Shown here: in pieces, positions 37,741 to 45,581 of the stretch
Layout of the letters: each line of letters starts with the position of its first letter
Position numbering within the stretch: the first letter of the stretch is position 1
Origin: Salinispira sp.
GTDB lineage: Bacteria > Spirochaetota > Spirochaetia > DSM-27196 > Salinispiraceae
Assembly (NCBI GenBank): GCA_965602015.1
Contig: OZ271918.1
Span: 1,632,001-1,696,000, forward strand
Direction of reading: 5' to 3'
DNA: 64,000 nt
The notes under the pieces: generated by a model
Seen by the model: the letters and a program-made list of their open reading frames with translations, nothing else
What the model was told of the DNA's origin: nothing
Databases searched by the model: none
Translations under genes and position numbers: made by a program

Positions 37741-38613
37741 TTATTCTACCATGCTTTCCTGAATTTGCCTGGAAATTACCGCCTTTACGCCCATGAGGTT
37801 TCTCTCAAACTCCGTGTCAAAATGATTTGTCAATTCGACGGTGATGTTACGGTGTCCGATTGAGTAAAACCAGTCATCAGAGCTGCCGGTGATATCGAAT
37901 CTCCGGGGTTCTTCGGGATCACGAATCCGGGGCGCAGCGAGCCGGTAGCCGCTGGCCTCGGCATAAACGCCGGCCAGTTCTCCAGCAGGCTCCCATCCAT
38001 ACTCGGCGCCGCTGTACCACAAAAAAGCTCCGGCACTCTGGAAAAAGATGCTTCCTTCGGGTTCAATGCGGGTAAAATAATCCCTCACCGCCCTGGTTTC
38101 CGGTTCACTGAACGGCCCGGTGCCGGTATTTACTTCCCTGGTACCCCAGTAGCTGACGGTTTTCCAATCGGCATCCCAGTTACGGTTCAGATCAACACCG
38201 TTGGCGTTGAATCGGCCGGGTACCCTCTCTACATCCATAAAAGGAAAACTCGACGGATCGGCGTCTCCAGCTATGAGGTAGAGCCCATCGGGATTCATCA
38301 GGTCGATTACATGGAGGGTTACAGAAGATCCAAGTTCTAATGGACGCATCCGGAAATAGTCCGCAACTTCCCGGGCGAGCACCACCGAGTTCGCTTCATA
38401 GCCCCCGTGGATTCCCCCCACTATGAGTAAGTCGATGGGACCGTTGCCGATACGCTCCACCGAAATTTCCCTCCCCTGGACTGAGTAGCCGATAATTTCA
38501 CGTTGAGTTATGCCACCCCATGACTCGGCATAGGCCGATGCGGTTAAAACCACTAGCAGAACCAGCATCGCCAGGGCTACACGCGATAATGTGTTTTTCG
38601 CAAAAGAAATCAT
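37741..38613 (-). CDS. M14 zinc carboxypeptidase family protein (exported)
   Basis: GYSVQGR, GGIHGGYE, NPDG, RFNANGVDLNRNW, SEPET, VEL. Confidence 0.88.
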   Translation of the reverse strand: MISFAKNTLSRVALAMLVLLVVLTASAYAESWGGITQREIIGYSVQGREISVERIGNGPIDLLIVGGIHGGYEANSVVLAREVADYFRMRPLELGSSVTLHVIDLMNPDGLYLIAGDADPSSFPFMDVERVPGRFNANGVDLNRNWDADWKTVSYWGTREVNTGTGPFSEPETRAVRDYFTRIEPEGSIFFQSAGAFLWYSGAEYGWEPAGELAGVYAEASGYRLAAPRIRDPEEPRRFDITGSSDDWFYSIGHRNITVELTNHFDTEFERNLMGVKAVISRQIQESMVE

Positions 38614-38680
38614 GGAGTAAAAGCTAATACCTTACCTGCGCAGAGCAAAGACCGATTTTTCTGTCTGTAAAAACCCTGTA

Positions 38681-39493
38681 TTACCGAACAAGTCTGGGAA
38701 CAACGATGGCGGAAAACTCAGCCTTAATAAAGCGCTCGGTGAAATCAAAAGGACGCGCCATAAACTCGCCGGCATATCGGTGCTCATTCCAGGAGAGCTG
38801 CCACTGGAGTTTGTATACATCCGACAAATGCAGTATTCCATCAGCATAGGCCTGCTGGGAATACTGGGCGGATTGCCCGAAATTCAGGCTCCAGCCCGTG
38901 GCATAGTGAATGCCGAAGCCAAAAAGAACCGTGCGATCACGGAAATGACTGTAGCTCAGTCCTGGACGGGTATAGAGGGACAAATGACCGTTGTACGTAT
39001 TAAAAACTAGCCGACTTTTAAACATAGCCACCCAGTCGCGTCCCGGCAAAAAATCCAGAAGGAATCGGGGGCTTAAATCAGCGATTAGCAAATGCTCGGC
39101 GCGGGCGGAGCTGTCTGCCCATACCCAGTGGTCGTCAGCGTTGAGGATCCAGTCTTCGTCATGCCGGCCACCGATCTGCAGTCGATAAAAGCCGCCGATC
39201 TTGAGATTGGGATGAAGACGATAATAGGCCCCGGCTGTTAATGCGCCATAGCCCAAAAATGCGCTATTTCCGGGAAATTCGCCCCGCAGCTCAAGGTAGG
39301 GATCAAGCTGCCCCCCATCGGCAAGCAAAAGGGTACGAACGCCAAAGCGAAACTCAATGCCGTCAGCCGGGGATTCACCGGTTCCCCCTTCGCTGGCAAA
39401 CAGCGGCATGACTGAGCATGCTACCAGGATTACAACACATAAGGTAAATTTGCGCTTCATATCAATCATAATCAAAGTCCAAAGGATCATCAT
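38681..39493 (-). CDS. Putative outer-membrane beta-barrel protein
   Basis: Signal peptide and alternating aromatic/polar beta-strand pattern; the true start may be 39460. Confidence 0.55.
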   Translation of the reverse strand: MMILWTLIMIDMKRKFTLCVVILVACSVMPLFASEGGTGESPADGIEFRFGVRTLLLADGGQLDPYLELRGEFPGNSAFLGYGALTAGAYYRLHPNLKIGGFYRLQIGGRHDEDWILNADDHWVWADSSARAEHLLIADLSPRFLLDFLPGRDWVAMFKSRLVFNTYNGHLSLYTRPGLSYSHFRDRTVLFGFGIHYATGWSLNFGQSAQYSQQAYADGILHLSDVYKLQWQLSWNEHRYAGEFMARPFDFTERFIKAEFSAIVVPRLVR

Positions 39494-40130
39494 ACAGGCT
39501 GTTCAAATCAGTATTGTCCCTGATATCGCCGAGCTCGGGGTCCATATTCCAGTTGAGATTTTCAGTCCAGGCAAAGAACTGGGGCGGTGTTATATCCCGG
39601 CCGGAGAGAATGTTTATCCCCTCACCTTCGCCTACCTCCACCGATTCACCGGTATCAAGCCGGACTTCTACAAGACCTTCATTTACGCACAACCAGACAT
39701 CCGGCTGGTCCTCGATGGTTTTCCCGAATGCCGTGAAAAACTCAGTTCCCCTCACTCCTGCCAGGGCGCTGCCGGCACGCACATTGAAGCTGCCCCCTCG
39801 CAGACGGTCCAGCCGGGAGAACAAGGATCCGCTGCGTAACTCTACGGTCATATTCAGATCCAAATCTTCAAGGCGTAATTCGGTGTTCGGCTGCAATTTC
39901 AAAACACCGCGATCCCCCAACGCAATAACCGCAACCCCGTTGCTTCCGGTTATTATCCTGTCTTCCGCCGCCAGAAGATCGCCGATAAAGGCTTCGATGT
40001 TTTGCCCATTCCGGAGAACCGATACTTCCCCGTCAATAAACTCGAATAAGGCCTGCTGACCTGCCGGCTGAGCCGTCAGTGCTGCTGTAAGAAGTGTTAC
40101 GGCCAAAAGTAGCCACCCTGCTCTTTTCAT
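39462..40130 (-). CDS. Exported FecR-domain protein
   Basis: D.I.TG.NG.A.I, L..NT.L, AGVRGTEF, V.EG.V.V. Confidence 0.85.
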   Translation of the reverse strand: MKRAGWLLLAVTLLTAALTAQPAGQQALFEFIDGEVSVLRNGQNIEAFIGDLLAAEDRIITGSNGVAVIALGDRGVLKLQPNTELRLEDLDLNMTVELRSGSLFSRLDRLRGGSFNVRAGSALAGVRGTEFFTAFGKTIEDQPDVWLCVNEGLVEVRLDTGESVEVGEGEGINILSGRDITPPQFFAWTENLNWNMDPELGDIRDNTDLNSLYDDPLDFDYD

Positions 40131-40270
40131 TACTGCTGTCTCCTAATCTCGAATCGCGTTCAACAAAGCTGAATATAACACTCATATATTTTCTTGCAAG
40201 TGCACATAGATTTTTTTTTTGATTTCTTGCTTGTATGGCGGAACACTTTATCTAATGGCGGTGGATGAAG

Positions 40271-41071
40271 TCATGGAATAGATATCGTACCCTGTAGATA
40301 CAAAACAGCCTCCCCGCGGATGATCACCCGGCGGGCTTCAGGCCGGTAGTCGCACAACAGCTCTCCGCCCCGTGCGGACGCCTGATACCCATGTATTCGG
40401 TTTTTGCCGCGCTGCTCTGCCCAGTACGGCACCAGTGCGGAGTGAATTGAGCCGGTAACCGGATCTTCCGGGATCCCGGCGCCGGGAGCAAAATAGCGGG
40501 AAACGCAGTCGTATTGCCGGTCCGGGCCGCTGACTGCAAAACCGTAATTCGGCCATTGTTCTAAAAAAGACAAGTTCGGCATGAGCTTTCTCACTTCATC
40601 GGAACTGCGGTATATCAGGTGATAGTTAGGATCTTCACGAGTGCGAAAGACTTTGTCAGGTGAAATATCGAATGCGTCGAGCATTCTGCCCGGAACTTCA
40701 ATTTCTTCTAGCGCATAGGCCGGGAAATCCATTGCGAGCCATTTTCCATCCCGGCGGACGCTCAGAGGCCCCGCTTGGGACGTAAAGCGGATTTCATCCT
40801 TATCCACCCCCAATATCGAGAATAGCACAAAGGATGCAGCCAGGGTGGCATGACCACAGAGGGGCGCTTCCATTCGGGGAGTAAACCAGCGAATGGAGTA
40901 TTCTTCACCCCGTAGGACAACGAACGCTGTCTCGGCCAGGTTATTCTCGGCGGCTATCGCCTGGAGCGTGGTGTCCGGCAGCCATTGCTCCAATGGACAC
41001 ACGGCAGCGGGATTTCCCTCGAAAACTCTCTTTGCAAAGGCGTCGACCTGGTACATTATTATGTTCGACAT
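40271..41071 (-). CDS. PhzF family isomerase
   Basis: VDAF, GNPAAV, ETAF, LCGHATLA, EDPVTGS, RGG. Confidence 0.92.
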   Translation of the reverse strand: MSNIIMYQVDAFAKRVFEGNPAAVCPLEQWLPDTTLQAIAAENNLAETAFVVLRGEEYSIRWFTPRMEAPLCGHATLAASFVLFSILGVDKDEIRFTSQAGPLSVRRDGKWLAMDFPAYALEEIEVPGRMLDAFDISPDKVFRTREDPNYHLIYRSSDEVRKLMPNLSFLEQWPNYGFAVSGPDRQYDCVSRYFAPGAGIPEDPVTGSIHSALVPYWAEQRGKNRIHGYQASARGGELLCDYRPEARRVIIRGEAVLYLQGTISIP

Positions 41072-41160
41072 TGCTCATGGCTCCTTTCCCGGCCAGAATC
41101 CCATCCGGGAGGAATGTGCGCGATATTATCCCGGTCCTCTACCCAAGCGCGAACTAAAAA

Positions 41161-42005
41161 TCAAATGGTCAGTTCCATGCCTTCCCGGACCGGAAAAATT
41201 TGCGTTTTGGTGGATTTTCTCTGGCCGTAGGCCTCTGCGGCCTGGGCGAGCTTGTCAATCTGGTCATCGGTTCTATCGGGATCGTGATGGAAGAGGCCGA
41301 GTTTCTTTACTCCTGCGGTATGGGCAATATCAACCGCGCTGAGAACGGAGCTGTGCCCCAGCCCTTTCTCTGCCGGAACTCCTCCGGCGTGTACTGGGCA
41401 TCGTGAAAAAGCAGATCGGCATTTTTAAAGTGTTGTATATACTCGTAGTAGCTTTCTCCCTGTGGATACTCCGCGCCTTCAAGTTCATTGTCTGGCATGT
41501 AAATAAAAGTTTTGCCCCCATCGCGGATCTTGACCCCAAAACCTCCGTTCGGATGGTTCAGGGGAATCGGATGCAATTCGGCCTTCCCTACGGGCTTCAT
41601 GAGAGGAACACCTCTGGTAAAATCGAGCTCTGCTTTTACCCGTCTTTGTGTGCTGGGAAAGAACGGGGCTTTAAGAGAACTCAGAAGGTAGTCCTGCACC
41701 GTTTCTTTTGCAATTGGTCCTCCGCGAAAATGAATGCGGAAACCCTCGGAAAAGATGGGGAGGAAAAACGGCAGTCCTGAAATATGATCCCAGTGGCTGT
41801 GGGTAAGGAAAATATAAAAATCCCTGGGACTGCGGTCAGCCGATATTCGCTTTCCCAACAGGCGGATTCCCGTGCCCCCGTCGAGGATGACCTGATTGCC
41901 GTCGCTGAGTTCCACCTGAACGCACGAGGTATTGCCCCCGAATCGCACGCTGCCCTGTCCAGGCACGGGCACCGACCCCCGGCACCCCCACACCGTTATT
42001 TTCAT
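41161..42005 (-). pseudogene. MBL-fold metallo-hydrolase with a 1-nt frameshift (pseudogene or sequencing error)
   Basis: GCRGS, GNTSC, DGGTG, THSHWDH, HP, DAQY. Adding one G at the G4 run (41359-41356) restores WGHS...LFHHDP...EGMELTI* ending at 41161. Confidence 0.85.
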
Positions 42006-42022
42006 TTTTCCTCCCGATTACA

Positions 42023-43540
42023 CTACACTTCTATTCCCAAGGCCTGGAGAATACGAAGTCCATTTCTTTTTGAAACGATTCCCTTTTTTGGAAGATAATC
42101 AAAACTGATGACATCTCCTTCGACCCTGCCGTCAAAATAGATTTGAAGGTATTTCCCATCCAGCTGTTCGGCGATTTGCAGGTCGTGGGTTGCCGACAGC
42201 ACAATCGAGTCCTCGAACTCGGAAAGATGGCTCAGCACTTTGACCGAGGCATAAATACGCTCCTCGCAATTGGTGCCGGTGAGAATCTCATCTATTAGAA
42301 CCAGGGATGGCCTTGATTTAACCTTCTGGATTAAGGATGCCAGACGTTCGGCTTCGGCAAAATACCGGCTTTTGCTCTCCAATAGCCGGTCAGGAACCCG
42401 GAAGGAGCTCACGATAGCCAGATCGCGGGTTGAATAGCGTTTGGCGAAACAGAAACCGAAGCTTGTTGCCAAAAGCTGATTCACTCCGACGGCCCGCATC
42501 AGTGTTGATTTGCCCGCCATGTTCAAGCCGGTGATTACCGCCCCTTTGGGCAAATCAAGGGTCTGGACAACGGGATTTTGAACAAGGGGATGATAGAGTC
42601 CGGTAAAACCGATGGCTTTGTCCGTGCTATATTTTGAGTAGCAGCTTGGGTTGTCGGAGATAACCCGGGCAGCGCAGCTGATCACATCGTAGTAGCCTAT
42701 GAATGATACAATCTCACGTACTGACGCAATGTTCCGCTGAACTATCCTGTTCGTAAAGAAGAAGGCTATAACTTGAAGCCCAAGGAATATGCGCAGATAA
42801 TCAATTAGTAGCGCTGCGATATCCTCCGAGCCGGCGCCACCGAACCCGTCCTTGAAGAATATGCCGAATCCCTTAATCTTCCGCAAATCCCGGTAACTCG
42901 GAAAAGCCGGAGTGAGGACCCCCGCTCGCCGCTTTTTTAGCTTATCCAGAAAACGAATACCGGCAATGCAGTAATTGATTGAACCCGACAATCGGGCGCT
43001 GGTGCGGTCCACCAGCACAAAGGTCGCCAGGTTAATCCCGAGAAAAATAATTAGCCAATACAATAAAAATTCCGTAAGCACCATCAGCAAGACAATAAAT
43101 GTCGCATAGCTGACGAGAATGAGCAGGGGACTGATTTTTATTAGTCTGGATCGGATGCCGAATCCATTCCAGAGATCACTGACAATGAAGCCCAGATTCT
43201 GCTTGCCAAGCCGTTTAAGCAGAACATCAATCTCCTTGCCTTCCCGGGAACCATCACCGAATTTCCGTAAATCCTGCTGTATGAGACTGATCTCATTTTT
43301 ACCCTTGGTACACCTGAGCCAGTGATCGAGGACTTCGTCCCCAGATGAGCTTTGAGGATGAAAAAACCTCTCCTTTACCTCTAATACATGGAGGTCCTCG
43401 TATGTGGCGTCGTCGATACGTGAATGGCGCAAAGACGGACGGGTCTGCATCATTTCTTTGTGAAAGCTTGTGCTTTTATGCAACGGCTTACGGGCAAATA
43501 ACTCCCAAAAGGCGTTGCGGATTGATTGTAGATAACTCAT
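42023..43540 (-). CDS. Short MutS-family ATPase (domain V) with N-terminal TM helices
   Basis: YHPL, TGLNMAGKST, SRYFAE, DEILTGTN, ATHD; no mismatch-binding domain. Confidence 0.85.
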   Translation of the reverse strand: MSYLQSIRNAFWELFARKPLHKSTSFHKEMMQTRPSLRHSRIDDATYEDLHVLEVKERFFHPQSSSGDEVLDHWLRCTKGKNEISLIQQDLRKFGDGSREGKEIDVLLKRLGKQNLGFIVSDLWNGFGIRSRLIKISPLLILVSYATFIVLLMVLTEFLLYWLIIFLGINLATFVLVDRTSARLSGSINYCIAGIRFLDKLKKRRAGVLTPAFPSYRDLRKIKGFGIFFKDGFGGAGSEDIAALLIDYLRIFLGLQVIAFFFTNRIVQRNIASVREIVSFIGYYDVISCAARVISDNPSCYSKYSTDKAIGFTGLYHPLVQNPVVQTLDLPKGAVITGLNMAGKSTLMRAVGVNQLLATSFGFCFAKRYSTRDLAIVSSFRVPDRLLESKSRYFAEAERLASLIQKVKSRPSLVLIDEILTGTNCEERIYASVKVLSHLSEFEDSIVLSATHDLQIAEQLDGKYLQIYFDGRVEGDVISFDYLPKKGIVSKRNGLRILQALGIEV

Positions 43541-43561
43541 TGTACTCGAGTGCCTTGTAAT

Positions 43562-45145
43562 TTATTGCCTGGAGATCATGGAACGATAATAAGATAAAAG
43601 GTCCCTGCACACGTCGTCATCAACGTTTATGCAGCGCTCTTCAAGAAAAGCGGAGAACGTGCGGATCTCCTCTTCTCCCCCCTTTGCCGGCACATAGGTT
43701 TGCATCGACCTGTCGGGAAACAAGCGCTGAGTGGCGGGGCCCTCAAATAGCTTGATGCAGTTCCTATTGCGCTGATCCTTGCCTATGGTCTCATACAGGG
43801 AAGAAACAATTAAGCGGTGACCTTCTATCAGCTGAAGAAACGTACCGTTCGCAAAAATGAGCAAACCGGTGACCAGGTTATCGTGATTCTTTTCAGCGAA
43901 TTCCCGGCTGAGCTGTTGAAAACGAAGCAGATCCATTTCGGCCGCGGCTTCACTTTGATACATGAGCTGGTAAAGATCCTCATTTTTGCGGATGAGCGGA
44001 AGGCCGATTCCCACGGAAGTCCCGCGGTGCTCGGTACTCCGGATGGAGAAGGTCCCGTTCTGCTTTTTTATAAAATCCTTTACGAGGCCAAGCCCCAGAC
44101 CACTACCCATTTCCCGGTTGGTGCCCCGGGTTGACCGTAGGACCCCGTCGCCCAGAATTTGATCGATCACCTTCTGTGGCATGCCCACCCCCGTGTCGTT
44201 GACGGTGATTACACAGCCATCGTCGTTAATTTCATCTCGTACGGAAATGCTTCCGCCGTTTTCTGTGAACTTTACCGCGTTGGACAGAAGGTTGCGCGCC
44301 GCGGTGGCAAACATGTTTCGGTCTCCTACCAGTCGCAGAGCAGGGTCTATTTCATTGTGAAATTTGATGGCCTTATTCCGGGCCGCATCGATGAGCAGTT
44401 CCCAGGAGTTTGCGAATATTTTTGCCGGATCCACGGCCTGAAAGCGTGGTTCGAGGCGCTGATCCTGGCTTCTTACCCACTGAAGAAGTTGGGTAATTAT
44501 TTTTTGGGTATTGTCCGCCGAGGAACGCACGTGGCTGAGATTCTCCTTGAGCTCGGAAACGCTCAGGCTGTCGGCTTCACTGTCCAGCAGCTCAGCGAAC
44601 TGGGACAGGGTTGCCAAGGGGGCCCGGACGTCATGAGCGATAACGCTTAGCAGCCGGTCGCGTACGGCGGTGGACCGCTCGAGGGATGTTACCTGTTCCC
44701 TCAGCGCTGCCTCTGTTGACACCTGCTGCGTCAGGTCTATGGTCACCCCGGCAAGATATTTTCCGCCAGTGTCTGAGAGAGGAAACTTAAACGAAAGAAA
44801 ATGCTTTTGGTCCGGTCCGGTTCCCACAGACTCGATAACCTTCACAGTGTTCTGTGATGCGAGTACTTCGCGGTCATTGGCAACTATGGTTTCGGCCACA
44901 TTAGAGGGGAAAATATCCCCAGCAGCCTTGCCGCGCCAATCAGAGCGGTCTATTGAGAAATACCGCTCAAATGCGGGGTTCATGTATATCAGGCGATGAT
45001 CCGAATCCTTAATCCAGGCGAGCCCGGGCATTTCTTCAAGAATGGCGCGAAATCTACGTGCTTCTTCCCGGGCCTCGGCAAGTTCTCGCCGCAGCTCGCC
45101 TATATCGGCTGACTGGCCCGATTCACCGTTCTGTTTTTTTTTCAT
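43562..45145 (-). CDS. PAS-HisKA-HATPase sensor kinase with a C-terminal BLUF domain
   Basis: PAS (WIKD...YMN); IAHDVRAPL; RNLLSNAVKFT, DTGVGM, GSGLGL; BLUF LMYQS...KN...VTGLL...FLQLIEG...RLF..RSM. Confidence 0.88.
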   Translation of the reverse strand: MKKKQNGESGQSADIGELRRELAEAREEARRFRAILEEMPGLAWIKDSDHRLIYMNPAFERYFSIDRSDWRGKAAGDIFPSNVAETIVANDREVLASQNTVKVIESVGTGPDQKHFLSFKFPLSDTGGKYLAGVTIDLTQQVSTEAALREQVTSLERSTAVRDRLLSVIAHDVRAPLATLSQFAELLDSEADSLSVSELKENLSHVRSSADNTQKIITQLLQWVRSQDQRLEPRFQAVDPAKIFANSWELLIDAARNKAIKFHNEIDPALRLVGDRNMFATAARNLLSNAVKFTENGGSISVRDEINDDGCVITVNDTGVGMPQKVIDQILGDGVLRSTRGTNREMGSGLGLGLVKDFIKKQNGTFSIRSTEHRGTSVGIGLPLIRKNEDLYQLMYQSEAAAEMDLLRFQQLSREFAEKNHDNLVTGLLIFANGTFLQLIEGHRLIVSSLYETIGKDQRNRNCIKLFEGPATQRLFPDRSMQTYVPAKGGEEEIRTFSAFLEERCINVDDDVCRDLLSYYRSMISRQ

Positions 45146-45410
45146 GCCGCGACCTCTTTATGTATAGTGCAAGTATAGTTCGGATGGGCGTGGTGAGCAA
45201 ACATGCGCAATCTCGGAAAAAACATGTCATGAACTCCACATCCAGAGCCTTCAGGAGCGCGGCCGCCGTTGCCCTCAACCTCGAAGAGCAATTACGGCAG
45301 ATCGCCTACGTCTGACGCTGATCTACCATAAATGTACTGTACACAGAACTGCGCAGATTCAGACCTGTGTATAAATCTATTATCTATATATACTTACCGA
45401 TTTAAACTAT

Positions 45411-45439
45411 TTGACGGATGCAATTTTCGGTAATAAAAT
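45411..45439 (+). promoter_or_regulatory. Sigma70 promoter of the amylase gene
   Basis: TTGACG-N17-TAAAAT with AT-rich upstream DNA. Confidence 0.65.
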
Positions 45440-45581
45440 CAAAGCAGCATCAAGGCGCCAACGCCTGATAATTCCCTTCGAAGGCCGCAAATATTTGGGG
45501 AAATACTGCGGCTTTAGGAACCGTACAGCATAAGGAACCCTTTGATCGGATAGCTCCCGGCCGCGGCGTCGAGGGGGTTTT

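Noticed and set aside
45184..45315. Short ORF ending ...LNLEEQLRQIAYV as a small protein or gene remnant
   Set aside because: No clear RBS or recognisable motif; it cannot be supported without a homology search.
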